Assembly: GCA_964549685.1 (NCBI GenBank)
Contig: CAZJVE010000001.1
Coordinates: 19,706-83,705 of the forward strand
Origin: an uncultured archaeon
GTDB lineage: Archaea > Altiarchaeota > Altiarchaeia > IMC4 > QMZM01
Direction of reading: 5' to 3'
DNA: 64,000 bases
This document shows positions 36,553 through 47,123 of the stretch, piece by piece. Position 1 is the first letter of the stretch. Each line of letters begins with the position of its first letter. A program made the translations under genes and the position numbers. A model generated the notes under the pieces. The model made no database searches. It worked only from the letters and a program-made list of their open reading frames with translations, and was not told the origin of the DNA.

Positions 36553-37497
36553 GTGATAAAAATGGAACTTGGCGAATTGTCAATATTGCAGGGGCTTTTG
36601 ATTAATATCTTCTGGCTTTTACTGGCCTTTATACTGGGTTATGTTCTTGGCTATGTTGTCTCGAACGTAATCAAGAAGCTGCTTACCATAAATAAACTGG
36701 AAAAGGGCCTTGTGAGATACGGGGCAGTGACATCCGAGCTGTGGGCTTCGATAGTCAGCTTCGTGGCACAGTCCACAAAGTGGTGGTTTGTAATCCTGAT
36801 AGTCGTTTCAGCGTACCAGAACGCATTCCAGGTGGACTCAATACAAGACCCCATAGTCATGTTCTTCTACTTCGTGAACAGTCTCCTTCTGTTGGCCCTC
36901 CTTACGGTCGGGGGACTGCTTCTTGGAGGAGTGCTCTACAAGATAACGAAGGATTTCCTGATAAGTATCGGTCTCGAGTCCGAGCTGGGGAAGCACAGGG
37001 TTGCCGACTCCATCGGCGGGATTCCAATCTCGAACATACTAGCGTCAATTGTCAAATGGTACACCGTGCTGGTTTTCATATGGCAGGGTCTCGTTATATT
37101 CAACGCGCCCTTCAGCATATCTCCGGAATTCAACAAGCTTGGGATGGTAATGGAAGGTGTCCTTGTGGGTTATGTCCCGGAGGCAATACTCGGGCTTCTT
37201 GTCTTGATAGTCTCCCTCATAATAGCGGACTTTGCAGGGAGCAATATAAGGAAGAGAAACGTCAGTTTCGGAGAGGTTCTGGCCATGGGTGCCGAGACAA
37301 TAATAGTCTTCTTCGGAGCAGTTCTCGCATTGCCGAAATTTGGAATCCATAACGTATCGATACTTGAAGACTCGTTCAAGATTCTGATGATTGGAATCTC
37401 TATCGGACTGGCTATTGCAATGGGCCTGGGCCTTAAAGATGTGGTTGCAGATGCAGGGAAGGCCTATGGGAAGGGGATTATTAAGGGGAAGAAATAA
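36553..37497 (+). CDS. TM-helix repeat membrane protein (CmpX/MscS-like N-terminal repeats)
   Basis: Two-fold repeated TM architecture with C-terminal GLAIAMGLGLKD. Confidence 0.65.
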   Translation: MIKMELGELSILQGLLINIFWLLLAFILGYVLGYVVSNVIKKLLTINKLEKGLVRYGAVTSELWASIVSFVAQSTKWWFVILIVVSAYQNAFQVDSIQDPIVMFFYFVNSLLLLALLTVGGLLLGGVLYKITKDFLISIGLESELGKHRVADSIGGIPISNILASIVKWYTVLVFIWQGLVIFNAPFSISPEFNKLGMVMEGVLVGYVPEAILGLLVLIVSLIIADFAGSNIRKRNVSFGEVLAMGAETIIVFFGAVLALPKFGIHNVSILEDSFKILMIGISIGLAIAMGLGLKDVVADAGKAYGKGIIKGKK

Positions 37498-37522
37498 TCG
37501 TTACGCTATCATGGGGTGATTA

Positions 37523-37981
37523 ATGAGAATAAAGGGTCAGGGCGCTATAGAATACCTTGTGACCTACGGCTGGACAATACTCGTAGCGATGATTATTGGC
37601 ATTGTCCTGTGGCACCTGGGTGTCTTTGAAAAGGGTCCAAGTGCTGTGAACACAGCAAGCGGTTTTAGGAAGATTAAGCCAATGGAACAAAGCATAAAAT
37701 ATACGGAGTCGGGCTCATTTAGTTTTTCACTCATGAACGGTATGGGGCAGGATATACGTGACGTCAATATTGTTTCAGCGAGTGATGATTGTAGCGGCCA
37801 AACCGCTACGATTGAGAGTATGGGTCCTGGAGAGGTGAAGCCTGTAAGCCTGGGTTGTAAAAGCAAGACCACAGGTCAGTCCTTCAGTACCCTCCTGACA
37901 CTTGAGTATGAAAGCACCATTGCCGATGTAAAGATGGTGCGTATAGAAACAGGAACAATAAGAGGTGTTGCAGAACCTTAG
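37523..37981 (+). CDS. Archaeal type IV pilin-like protein
   Basis: KG/QGAIEYLVTYGW class III signal (Q+1, E+5) plus a hydrophobic helix. Confidence 0.85.
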   Translation: MRIKGQGAIEYLVTYGWTILVAMIIGIVLWHLGVFEKGPSAVNTASGFRKIKPMEQSIKYTESGSFSFSLMNGMGQDIRDVNIVSASDDCSGQTATIESMGPGEVKPVSLGCKSKTTGQSFSTLLTLEYESTIADVKMVRIETGTIRGVAEP

Positions 37982-38010
37982 TTACATATAACAAAATGGA
38001 GGGATAAAAA

Positions 38011-38265
38011 ATGAATCAAAGTATGATGACGGGATATGCAGTAGTGGTAATGGGAATTGTAATTGTAATGTACGCCGTGGCTGCTGCAGCGACAGGACAG
38101 CCCTTTGCTGAGAAGAATGCCAGTGCCCTCTTGAGCTTTGGTGGATTTATAACGGCCATCGGTTTTATAACCGCTGGTTTTTGGTCCAGCGAGAACGATA
38201 TTCTCAGGACAGGGCTTATGCTGATAGGCGGGGCCACGATAATTGCAATGATGGTTCTGCTTTAG
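38011..38265 (+). CDS. Small membrane protein (3 TM)
   Basis: Hydrophobic 84-aa ORF with GGAGG upstream. Confidence 0.65.
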   Translation: MNQSMMTGYAVVVMGIVIVMYAVAAAATGQPFAEKNASALLSFGGFITAIGFITAGFWSSENDILRTGLMLIGGATIIAMMVLL

Positions 38266-38300
38266 GGTAGATATCCCAATATATAACCGGGAGGTATAGA

Positions 38301-38876
38301 ATGGATACCAAAGATAGTCAGGAGGGTATATCACTCAGAGAGAAGGTCAATCTTATGAATATCTTTGTCCTTTTCTCAGCGCTGGGCTTTATCTTCTCTA
38401 CCTTCAAGCCAAGGGATTTTGTATGGCTGATACTTGTCGAGTGTTCCATTCTATGGTTTCTCATTGAGTTCTACCACAACAGAAATAATCCCAGGGCATT
38501 AAAGAAGGCAGGTATAATGGGCCTTTCCCTGATGCTTATCGGGTTTGTGGCCGAGAATGTCGGAGGGGCTCTTGGGCTGTGGCGCATATTAGAGAGCCTG
38601 TTATTCATAGGTTATATGCCAATAGAGGCGATACTTATCTGTTTCCTTGTTGGTTTCGCATGGTCGCTCTATCTGCCCAGGGAATTTAATAAGAATTACT
38701 CGCTCTACGATGTTCTCCTGTTTTCTATCTTTGGTACTCTTGGCGAGATTGCTCTTGTAAAGAACGGCATTATGGAGTATAGCGATGGCTGGGGGACCCC
38801 CTTCGTATTTGCAGGGTTTCTGCTGATATGGATCCTGCTGCATATCATGAATTATAAAGTTCTTCGGGATTTCTGA
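38301..38876 (+). CDS. Hypothetical multi-pass membrane protein
   Basis: Hydrophobic ORF with GGAGGT SD and an internal repeated E...G.W/Y pattern. Confidence 0.65.
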   Translation: MDTKDSQEGISLREKVNLMNIFVLFSALGFIFSTFKPRDFVWLILVECSILWFLIEFYHNRNNPRALKKAGIMGLSLMLIGFVAENVGGALGLWRILESLLFIGYMPIEAILICFLVGFAWSLYLPREFNKNYSLYDVLLFSIFGTLGEIALVKNGIMEYSDGWGTPFVFAGFLLIWILLHIMNYKVLRDF

Positions 38877-39519
38877 CTGCCTTTATCCCCTGTATTTTCT
38901 TTAGGTCAGAGAGGTTCTTCAGGTCTATCTCTCTTGATTTTATTGTGACCTCTCTGCCGAAGGTTACTGCTCCGTGTTCGCAGAGGGGGACGCATTTCTT
39001 GCAGGCGTTGCATTTCAGCAAGTTTATTCGAAGTCTCTCAGCGCGGTAGAATGCAGAGTTGGGGCATGCTTCCATTGCAGGACAGGGATTGCAATTCTTA
39101 CATTTTTCAAATTCAAGAGTAATAGGAATTCTCGTCTTTTGTGATTTTTCAATATCGGTCGGGAGGATTACTATGGGAATCTCGCTCTTTTGTGCCTGTG
39201 CAACGAGATTGCTTGCAAGGGAGTCGGCTATTCCATGCACTGTCTTTGCTATAGTATTGGCTGTGCATGGGGCAACCACGAGAAGGTCATACTCCCTCTT
39301 TGCCATTCTGCCAGAGGCGGGATAGCTCGAGCCCTGCTCCGATTCCAGGATTGTTTCCACAGCAACTTTCCTAATCCTGTCGAGGAGGCCATAGGTTCTC
39401 GCCACCTCCTCTCCTGCGGAGGAGAGTGCTACTGTGACTTCGTCCTGGGATTTTTCCATCGCCTCCAGGCACTCCTCAAGGAGGTGACCGGCTCCCGTTA
39501 TGCACCATAGGATTCTCAT
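38845..39519 (-). CDS. Flavoprotein with 2x[4Fe-4S], dihydromethanopterin reductase (DmrX)-like
   Basis: WCITGAGH, APCTANTIAK..GIADSL and PTD, plus two CxxCxxC-type ferredoxin motifs. Confidence 0.82.
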   Translation of the reverse strand: MRILWCITGAGHLLEECLEAMEKSQDEVTVALSSAGEEVARTYGLLDRIRKVAVETILESEQGSSYPASGRMAKREYDLLVVAPCTANTIAKTVHGIADSLASNLVAQAQKSEIPIVILPTDIEKSQKTRIPITLEFEKCKNCNPCPAMEACPNSAFYRAERLRINLLKCNACKKCVPLCEHGAVTFGREVTIKSREIDLKNLSDLKKIQGIKAVRNPEELYNS

Positions 39520-39566
39520 TTCAGGTTAAGTTATAAACGAGCAATCCTATATAAAGCATTCGTAAA

Positions 39567-40958
39567 ATGAAACAGAAATTCCAAGAGCAGATAAACGGGG
39601 TTGCTAAGAAGCTGAAGGAAGAGAACAACATCCTTGTTGTCAGCCATCACGATGCCGATGGGATTACTGCCTGTGCCATAATGGTGGACGCCCTCAGGAA
39701 GCTGGGCAAAGACGTAGATTTTATGGCCATTAAGCAGCTGGACAGCATAAACATCAACAAAGTAGAGAATTTCGGCAGAACCGTCGTCTTTACGGACATG
39801 GGCTCCGGGCAGATGGAGATGCTGATGGAGCATAAGGAGAAGATTGGGAATTTCTACGTTATTGACCACCATCCCCCTGCGATGGAATATGACAAGCAGG
39901 TGAATCCGCACTTCTTTGGCTATGACGGAGGGCTTGATGTCTCCGGGGCCGGGCTTGCCTACTTCGTTGCAAAGGCACTGGGGCACGAAGAGATGGCACA
40001 TCTCGCAATCGTTGGGGCAGTAGGGGACATGCAGGATTCCGATGGAAAATTACACTCATTGAACAGGATAATTCTTGAGGACGGGATAAGGCAGGGGACC
40101 GTGAAGGTCAAACATGACCTCAGGCTGTTTGGGAGGCAAAGCAGGGCGCTGGCCCAGATGCTAATGTATGCCTCGGACCCTATTCTTCCAGGGCTTGTGG
40201 GGAACGAGACCTCTTGCGTGTCTTTTGTAGAGAATCTCGGAATAGGGCTGAAAAGAGAGAATGGGGAGTGGAAAAGCTATGTCGACCTGGATATTGAGGA
40301 GAGAAGGAAGCTGACATCTGCCATGTATATGCTTCTCCTTGACAATGGAACTCCCGAGTACATAATCCAGGGGATGATCGGCGAGGTTTTTACGCTATCG
40401 AAAGAGGAAAAGGGAACGGAGCTGAGGGATGCGAAGGAGTTTGCAACTTTGTTGAATTCCTGCGGAAGGCAAGAGGTGTCAGAGGTTGGAGTAAGAGTAT
40501 GCCTGGGTGATAGAGACGAGGGATGGAAGAATGCAAAAGACGCTCTCCAGCAGTACAGGAGGAGACTGAGAGAGGGGATTGAATTCTTATCGGGCATGGA
40601 GAAAGAGGAGATGGATAATCTCTATTATTTTGATGCCAGCGGGAAGATAGATGAGAACATAATAGGGGTTATAGCAGGCATGGGATACGGAGCCAGAAAA
40701 TTTAGACCAAACAAACCCGTCCTTGCACTGGCTGAGGACAAAGATAATGAAGATATGCTGAAGATTTCTTCAAGAGCCAACCGGCGCCTGGTGAGGAGGG
40801 GTCTTCATCTGGGCAATGCCATGAACGACTGTAGCAGTGCCGTTGGTGGAGAAGGCGGCGGTCATGACATCGCTGCAGGGGCAAGAATCCCCAAGGAAAG
40901 AAGGGATGAGTTTCTGGCTTTGGTTGACAAGATGATTAAAAAGCAGCTGAACAAGTGA
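39567..40958 (+). CDS. RecJ-like DHH phosphoesterase
   Basis: HHDADG, DMGSG, IDHH, GDMQ and GGGHDIAAGA (DHHA1). Confidence 0.92.
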   Translation: MKQKFQEQINGVAKKLKEENNILVVSHHDADGITACAIMVDALRKLGKDVDFMAIKQLDSININKVENFGRTVVFTDMGSGQMEMLMEHKEKIGNFYVIDHHPPAMEYDKQVNPHFFGYDGGLDVSGAGLAYFVAKALGHEEMAHLAIVGAVGDMQDSDGKLHSLNRIILEDGIRQGTVKVKHDLRLFGRQSRALAQMLMYASDPILPGLVGNETSCVSFVENLGIGLKRENGEWKSYVDLDIEERRKLTSAMYMLLLDNGTPEYIIQGMIGEVFTLSKEEKGTELRDAKEFATLLNSCGRQEVSEVGVRVCLGDRDEGWKNAKDALQQYRRRLREGIEFLSGMEKEEMDNLYYFDASGKIDENIIGVIAGMGYGARKFRPNKPVLALAEDKDNEDMLKISSRANRRLVRRGLHLGNAMNDCSSAVGGEGGGHDIAAGARIPKERRDEFLALVDKMIKKQLNK

Positions 40959-40996
40959 TTTTTAAAGCTGAAAACCAATCTTTTACTCTGCTAAGC

Positions 40997-41040
40997 GCTC
41001 GTTCTGGATAGGGCGGAGGGTTCTTCCCTATACCACGAGT
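40997..41040 (+). promoter_or_regulatory. Structured 5' leader (hairpin) upstream of rps15
   Basis: CTCG/CGAG, TGG/CCA and ATAGGG/CCCTAT nested pairings. It ends 12 nt before the ATG, with TTTTAAAG at ~40960. Confidence 0.55.
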
Positions 41041-41052
41041 TAAAGTACTGAA

Positions 41053-41502
41053 ATGGCAAGAATTCATGCAAGAAAGAAAGGTAAGTCAAAGTCAAGCAAA
41101 CCATTGAGAGTGTCATCTCCAGAGTGGGTGGTCTATGACAGCAAGGAGATTGAGGAGCTCGTGGTAAAGCTTGTGAAGGACGGCAATTCCCCGAGCAGGA
41201 TAGGTATAATTCTCAGGGACCAGTACGGGATTCCCTCCGTTAACCAGATAACCGGGAAGAAGATAGGTCACTTTATCAGGAAGAACAAGCTTGCCTCTGA
41301 GATTCCAGAGGATTTGCAGAACCTTATCAAGAAGGCGGTAAACCTGAGAAAGCACCTTGAGAAGCACCACAAGGACAGGCACAATAACAGGGGCCTCAAG
41401 CTTATGGAGTCGAAGATACACAGACTCAGCAAGTATTACAGAAGCACAGGGAAGCTGCCAAAGGAATGGAGGTACGAGCCTGAGAAGGCCAGGTTGCTAT
41501 GA
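41053..41502 (+). CDS. rps15: 30S ribosomal protein uS15 (archaeal S15/S13e)
   Basis: [28 protein letters not shown] and ESKIHRL..YY. Confidence 0.97.
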   Translation: MARIHARKKGKSKSSKPLRVSSPEWVVYDSKEIEELVVKLVKDGNSPSRIGIILRDQYGIPSVNQITGKKIGHFIRKNKLASEIPEDLQNLIKKAVNLRKHLEKHHKDRHNNRGLKLMESKIHRLSKYYRSTGKLPKEWRYEPEKARLL

Positions 41503-41726
41503 AGTTCAGTGCTGTCCTTAAGACGGAATCCATGGACGCGGAAAGCGTTTCAAAGGCCCTGCAGATAGACAACGTGGATATGGAAAACTTCAGGATAAAA
41601 ACAGAGGCTGAGAAGGGCAGAATCGTAACAAAGATTGAAGCGGAGAAGATTAACACCCTGTTAAGCTCACTTGATGATGTAATAAAGTGCCAGATGGTTG
41701 CTGAGGAGAGCATAAACAATGGCTAA
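41499..41726 (+). CDS. pcc1: KEOPS subunit Pcc1-like
   Basis: 75-aa ORF between rps15 and rps3ae (conserved neighbourhood), with TLLSSLDD. Confidence 0.75.
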   Translation: MKFSAVLKTESMDAESVSKALQIDNVDMENFRIKTEAEKGRIVTKIEAEKINTLLSSLDDVIKCQMVAEESINNG

Positions 41727-42279
41727 GAAAAAGAAGGTAGGTTCGTGGAAGGACAAATCCACCTATGATGTAATCTCCCCTGAGAATTTCGATTCCGTAA
41801 GCCTGGGAACCACAATAACCAGTAACCCGGGCTTGCTCAAGGGGAGGAGCATTGATATATCCCTGAAGGATTTGACGGGGGATAGAGGAAAGCAGCACCT
41901 CAAGTTAGTTTTCATGATAGATAAAGTTGATGGTAACAAAGCCCATACAAGGTTCAAGATGTTTAAGATGAACCCGGGTTATCTGAAATCGAGAGTTAGA
42001 AAGGGGGGTAGCAAGATAGATTACATGGACATGATAGAGATGGGCGGGGAGAAGGTCAAGATAAAAATCATGACTGTAACCAACGGCCATATACAGAGTT
42101 CGCAAAAGAGAGACGTTACCTTAAAAATATCATCCATCCTCAAATCCCACGGGAAGGACAAACTTAACGAATTCGCCCAGATGGCACTCTTCGGCAAGTT
42201 AGGGACTGAAATCTACCACGGGATAAAGAACATATGTCCCGTAAAGAGGGTTGAGATAGAGCAGCTCAGGGTTCTCTGA
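41719..42279 (+). CDS. rps3ae: 30S ribosomal protein eS1 (S3Ae)
   Basis: WKDKSTY, GRSIDISLKDLTGD, YLKSRVRK..SKID and PVKRVEI. Confidence 0.93.
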   Translation: MAKKKKVGSWKDKSTYDVISPENFDSVSLGTTITSNPGLLKGRSIDISLKDLTGDRGKQHLKLVFMIDKVDGNKAHTRFKMFKMNPGYLKSRVRKGGSKIDYMDMIEMGGEKVKIKIMTVTNGHIQSSQKRDVTLKISSILKSHGKDKLNEFAQMALFGKLGTEIYHGIKNICPVKRVEIEQLRVL

Positions 42280-42685
42280 TAACCCTCTTCTCGGTAACGT
42301 CAAGGATGAGGAATCTGTTTTTGATTTCTCTTGTTATGTCTGATTTTTCAATGAGTTCCGAGACCTTCTCTGCCTTGCACTCCGATTTCGAGCTGAGCAA
42401 CAGAACCGCGAGGCTGGGGGAGAATTCAACGAGCTTCCATAGGTGCTTCAAGATATCCTCGAATCTCCCGAATTCTACAGCAAATGCTATGTTCGGCTCG
42501 AGCCATATGACATCGAGCCTGCCGGAATTCACGCCATTCTTTATGACAGAGGAATTCTCCCTGACCGTGAAGCCTAGTTTTTCTCCAAGGTTCTTGTAGT
42601 ATTCGAGAATTGCCTCCCTGTACTTGAGCCCTGAGTTCTTGGTATGCTCTTCGAGCTCCTCAAAGTTCTTCAGCTCGTCAATCAT
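42266..42685 (-). CDS. Hypothetical protein, possible PD-(D/E)XK fold
   Basis: LGF..E...GRLDVIW...AFAVEF pattern. Confidence 0.5.
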   Translation of the reverse strand: MIDELKNFEELEEHTKNSGLKYREAILEYYKNLGEKLGFTVRENSSVIKNGVNSGRLDVIWLEPNIAFAVEFGRFEDILKHLWKLVEFSPSLAVLLLSSKSECKAEKVSELIEKSDITREIKNRFLILDVTEKRVIREP

Positions 42686-44061
42686 TCAAATTCACCGCAA
42701 AATTTTAATGCCGCTGGAATCTTGTCTATGAGGTCCGTTGCCATTATCGCATAGCCCAGGTCGTTCAATGCCAGGTCTCCTGCAATGCCAGAGAGAAAGG
42801 CTCCAGCACTTGCCGCCTGCAATGGCCCGGTCCAGCAGTGAAACGCCCCGATGATGCCGGCAAGGGCATCTCCCGTGCCCCCGACCGTCATGGCAGCATT
42901 GCCGCTCTTGTTGAGCCTGGTTTCCCTGCCGTTTGAGATTATGTCGACCGGGTTCTTGAGGACGATGGTCGCCTTTGTCTTCCTTGCCTTCTTCTCAACT
43001 GCTTCTGTCTTGTCTTCGAGGGTTTCGCCCAGCTCTCCAAAAAGGATTCCGAATTCCCTTTCATGTGGAGTGAGGATGAAGTTCTCCCCGAGCCAGGATG
43101 GCTTTACCAGCTTCAATGCATCGGCGTCAAGAACGACAGGCTTCTCTTTGATTCTTCTGAGCAGCTTCTTGAGTGCAAACTTGCTCTCCTGCTGCTGGGA
43201 GAGGCCATTGCCGATTACTATGGAGTCGAATTCTTTATCCATAATGGAATCAACATCCTCCTTTTCTAGATAAAATTCTGAATTTAACGGCGTTATCATC
43301 ATGTTTGGGTCAAAGGGAATCCTCTCTGCAACGAAACGGGGGCACATTATCGTTACCAGGTCGACTCCTGTTCGAAGAGCTGCCTTTCCCGTGAGTACAG
43401 GAGCGCCTGTGAATTCCCTGCTGCCTCCAACCACGAGAACCCTGCCGAATTCTCCCTTGTGCTCGTTGCCTTTTCTTTTTGGGATTGCTGTAATGACATC
43501 GCCTGGACCGCACTGTGTTTGCGCTTCTTTGGGGATTCCTATGTCGGCTACCTTCGCGTCCTGGGTCTTTCCGATGTGGAACGAGAGGGTTGTATCTGCC
43601 TTGATTCCTGGCGTTGGAATATCGACAGACAGTATGTGGGCCTTGGCCTTGTTTATTGCATCGACGAGACTTTTTACGGGCTCTCTGAGCTCGCCCTTTA
43701 TCCCTACGCCCAACAGGGCATCAATGACAAGGTCGAAATCCTTCAGGTCGGGTTTGCTGTCATCAATTACCTCAATGTTGACAGACAGATTCCTGAGTAT
43801 CTCAAGGTTCTTCTGGTTTGCTTCTGTTCTGTTGCCATCGAGAATATAGACCGTTACCTCCTTTCCCTTGGCTGAGAGGTGTCTTGCTGCTACAAGGCCG
43901 TCGCCGCCATTATTCCCGTTGCCGCAGAATATTGCAATTCTGTTGAATCTTTCAGCCTCCTCGGCTATTGCGCTTCCTGCGTTCTCCATCAGCTGCAGGG
44001 TCGAGACTCCAAGATAGGTGGAATTGATGTCTATGGCCCTCGTAATTCTCTCGTAGTCCAT
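42682..44061 (-). CDS. nnr: Bifunctional NAD(P)H-hydrate epimerase/dehydratase
   Basis: LMENAG, GNNGGDG, HKGEFG, DADAL, TPHEREF and GGTGDALAG. Confidence 0.93.
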   Translation of the reverse strand: MDYERITRAIDINSTYLGVSTLQLMENAGSAIAEEAERFNRIAIFCGNGNNGGDGLVAARHLSAKGKEVTVYILDGNRTEANQKNLEILRNLSVNIEVIDDSKPDLKDFDLVIDALLGVGIKGELREPVKSLVDAINKAKAHILSVDIPTPGIKADTTLSFHIGKTQDAKVADIGIPKEAQTQCGPGDVITAIPKRKGNEHKGEFGRVLVVGGSREFTGAPVLTGKAALRTGVDLVTIMCPRFVAERIPFDPNMMITPLNSEFYLEKEDVDSIMDKEFDSIVIGNGLSQQQESKFALKKLLRRIKEKPVVLDADALKLVKPSWLGENFILTPHEREFGILFGELGETLEDKTEAVEKKARKTKATIVLKNPVDIISNGRETRLNKSGNAAMTVGGTGDALAGIIGAFHCWTGPLQAASAGAFLSGIAGDLALNDLGYAIMATDLIDKIPAALKFCGEFE

Positions 44062-44100
44062 GGAATTATCTATATTGGATATAGAGGAATTATAACGGAA

Positions 44101-44883
44101 TTAATACTTTTTGAGCAGCTTCATCTCATAGAAAAGCTTGCCACCTATGGCGGCAAACGCCCCTCCAACGGCCAGGGCAGAGAACGCAATCGTCCTGCAG
44201 TTCCAGAGCCCAAAATAGGCGTCCGGGTTCGTCTTTAGATAGGGGACGAACTGTGAATATGCAGTCATGTGAGCAATGATGAATACCAGTATGGCAAGAA
44301 CCCCAATCAAAAGTAGGTGCGATGTTATGCTGGGCTTCCTCATCTTCCTTACCCAGTCCCCGGCTATGAACGAATAACGTAACAGAGCCATGCCCATTGC
44401 TGCGAATCCTACATCCGCCAGAATTGCTATTGGAGGTACCCCCATCAGGAGCCCAATGGGGAATATGCTGGATACGACCAGCACTGTTCCGAGTATAAAT
44501 GTCTGTCTGGTTTTCAGCTTATGCAATTCCGGTCTCTCTCCGCGCAGCTTCTCGGTTAAATCAAGAAACTCCTCTGCAGCGGCTATGGTCAGAATTCCAG
44601 ATACAGTCAGTAGAGAATAGGAGAAAAGTTGCTCCATCTCGGTGATGCTGCCTCTCAACCCATAGCCGTAGGCCTGAACCAGAGTATATATCAGCAAACC
44701 AGTCGGGGCCAGGAGAAGAAAATACCACTTTGTCTTTGCCCCGAAGAGATCGGAGTATCTCCTGGATACAAGGGCAAAGGTTATGAAGACGAACCATAAG
44801 AAGAGGCCGCCTAGCACGGACAGGACGTTCGTTAAATCAACGTAGATGAACTGCTCCAGAGCTGTGAGGGCGGGGGCTGCCAT
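44101..44883 (-). CDS. Hypothetical multi-pass membrane protein
   Basis: About seven hydrophobic segments, with an apparent internal two-fold repeat. Confidence 0.65.
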   Translation of the reverse strand: MAAPALTALEQFIYVDLTNVLSVLGGLFLWFVFITFALVSRRYSDLFGAKTKWYFLLLAPTGLLIYTLVQAYGYGLRGSITEMEQLFSYSLLTVSGILTIAAAEEFLDLTEKLRGERPELHKLKTRQTFILGTVLVVSSIFPIGLLMGVPPIAILADVGFAAMGMALLRYSFIAGDWVRKMRKPSITSHLLLIGVLAILVFIIAHMTAYSQFVPYLKTNPDAYFGLWNCRTIAFSALAVGGAFAAIGGKLFYEMKLLKKY

Positions 44884-44915
44884 AATAAATAATTGGATTA
44901 ATTGAATATATAAGT

Positions 44916-47096
44916 CTATCCGTATGCCGGCCCCTCTATGTGGTCGGCCTCTTTTATGCTCTCAACGTAGCTCTCCAAATCCACCTTGGAAACGGACGGC
45001 TTTATCTTGCCAAGTGCCTGCTCAAAATGCTTCTTTGTGACCTTCTTTGATTTTATGTTCTCTCTCAGCGATATCATTGCCGCTTCCCTGCAGACTGCCT
45101 CTATATCGGCCCCGGAGTAATCCTTTGTCCTTGAGGTAAGCTCCTCAAGATTAACTCCTTCGAGCGGCATCTCTTTTGTATGGATTTTGAATATCTGAAG
45201 CCTTGCTTCATTATCCGGGGCAGGGACAATGATTCTGGAATCAAATCTTCCTGGCCTTAGCAAGGACGGGTCCAGAATGTCAGGTCTGTTTGTTGCTCCA
45301 ACGACTATGACGTTCTCAAGGCTCTCAATCCCGTCCATTTCTGTCAGAATCTGATTGACTACGGTTTCGCTTACATGAGAGCCTGGAGAAATATCGCCCC
45401 TTCTTCTCGGGGCAATGGCATCAATCTCGTCGAAGAGGATTATCGTCGGGGCTGTCTGCTTTGCCTTCTTGAATATCTCCCTTATGCCTTTTTCACTCTC
45501 GCCGACCCACATTGAGAGAACTTCCGGCCCTTTAACAGAGATGAAATTCGCTTCTGATTCGTTTGCTGCCGCCTTTGCAAGGAGGGTTTTTCCGCAACCA
45601 GGCGGCCCGTATAGGAGGATTGCCTTGGATGGCCTTATGCCCATCCTCTCAAAGGCATCGGGATATTTGAGCGGCCACTCAACGGCCTCTTTAAGGGAGT
45701 TTTTTACCTTGTCAAGGCCGCCTATGTCCTTCCACTTGACATCGGGAACCTCAACAAAGACCTCTCGGAGTGCTGACGGCCCTACGCTCTTCATCGCCTC
45801 GACGAAGTCGTGTCTTTCAACCTTAAGGGCATCGAGAATCTCTCCGGGAATCTCATCCTTCTCCAGGTCAATCTTCGGCAGAATTCCCTTCAGTGCGTTC
45901 ATTGCCGCCTCTCTTGACAGAGAAGCCAGGTCCGCCCCGACAAAGCCGTGTGTGGAGCCGGCAATCTCCTTCAGGTTTACGTTCTTTGTGAGGGGCATTC
46001 CACGGGTATGAATCTCGAGTATCTCCTTTCTTCCGTCCCTGTCCGGGACGCCAATCTCTATCTCCCTGTCGAATCTTCCGGGCCTTCTCAGGGCAGGGTC
46101 GATGTCGTCCTGCCTGTTCGTGGCTGCTATGACGATGACGTCGCCCCTGGCTGTCAGGCCGTCCATGAGAGTAAGGAGCTGGGCAACGACCCTCCTCTCG
46201 ACCTCACCCCTCGTCTCCTCCCTCTTGGGGGCTATGGAGTCCAGCTCGTCTATGAAGATTATAGATGGCGCGTTTTCCTGCGCCTCCTCGAACATGCTCC
46301 GAAGTTTCTTCTCACTTTCTCCATAATACTTGTCCATTATCTCGGGGCCGTTGAGGGGGATGAAGTATGCGTTGCTTTCACTGGCAACTGCTTTTGCGAT
46401 GAGAGTTTTGCCTGTTCCAGGAGGCCCATAGAGAAGTACTCCCTTTGGGGGAGTTATCCCAAGCTTTTCGAAGAGTTCGGGGTGCTTCATCGGGAGCTCA
46501 ATCATCTCCCTGACCTTGGTTATCTCTTCCTTCAGGCCGCCAATGTCCTCATAGCGGACTGCCGGGGCCTCGGTGACCTTCATGGGCTTCTCCTTGATTT
46601 CCAGCTTCGTTACGTCGTGAATCTGGACTATTCCCTTCGGTTCCGTGGCTGCAACAATGAAGGGAATTGCCTGTCCCAGAATTCCTATGGACAGGTTGTC
46701 GCCATGGGCCATGGGCCTGCCGAGAAGTCTCTGCTTTAGATGGGTTCCGAAATCGGCCCCGAATTTTATCTCGTGTCTTATCGGAGCTATAACGATTTTT
46801 TTCGCGGCTGAGAATTCCGCCTTCTTGACCTTCACCTTGTCGCTGAGAGAGGAGTCGGAGTTCTGCCTGATGAGGCCGTCCATCCTTATTATGTCAAGGC
46901 CGTAGTCCTGTGGATGGGAGGGCCATACGATGGCAGCGGTGTTCTTCTTTCCGATAATCTCGACGATGTCTCCGGATACTATGCCGAGCTTCTTCATGGA
47001 GTTCTCGTCTATCCTGACGATTCCCCTGCCGACGTCGTTATGCAGCGCCTCAGCAACCTTCAGTTCGAGTTGTTTTCCACCAACCATTTTGTGCAT
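44916..47096 (-). CDS. cdc48: CDC48/VCP-family AAA+ ATPase
   Basis: N domain and two AAA modules ([32 protein letters not shown]). C-terminal AYG. Confidence 0.97.
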   Translation of the reverse strand: MHKMVGGKQLELKVAEALHNDVGRGIVRIDENSMKKLGIVSGDIVEIIGKKNTAAIVWPSHPQDYGLDIIRMDGLIRQNSDSSLSDKVKVKKAEFSAAKKIVIAPIRHEIKFGADFGTHLKQRLLGRPMAHGDNLSIGILGQAIPFIVAATEPKGIVQIHDVTKLEIKEKPMKVTEAPAVRYEDIGGLKEEITKVREMIELPMKHPELFEKLGITPPKGVLLYGPPGTGKTLIAKAVASESNAYFIPLNGPEIMDKYYGESEKKLRSMFEEAQENAPSIIFIDELDSIAPKREETRGEVERRVVAQLLTLMDGLTARGDVIVIAATNRQDDIDPALRRPGRFDREIEIGVPDRDGRKEILEIHTRGMPLTKNVNLKEIAGSTHGFVGADLASLSREAAMNALKGILPKIDLEKDEIPGEILDALKVERHDFVEAMKSVGPSALREVFVEVPDVKWKDIGGLDKVKNSLKEAVEWPLKYPDAFERMGIRPSKAILLYGPPGCGKTLLAKAAANESEANFISVKGPEVLSMWVGESEKGIREIFKKAKQTAPTIILFDEIDAIAPRRRGDISPGSHVSETVVNQILTEMDGIESLENVIVVGATNRPDILDPSLLRPGRFDSRIIVPAPDNEARLQIFKIHTKEMPLEGVNLEELTSRTKDYSGADIEAVCREAAMISLRENIKSKKVTKKHFEQALGKIKPSVSKVDLESYVESIKEADHIEGPAYG

Positions 47097-47123
47097 ATAT
47101 TATGAAGATTATGTATTGAAAAG

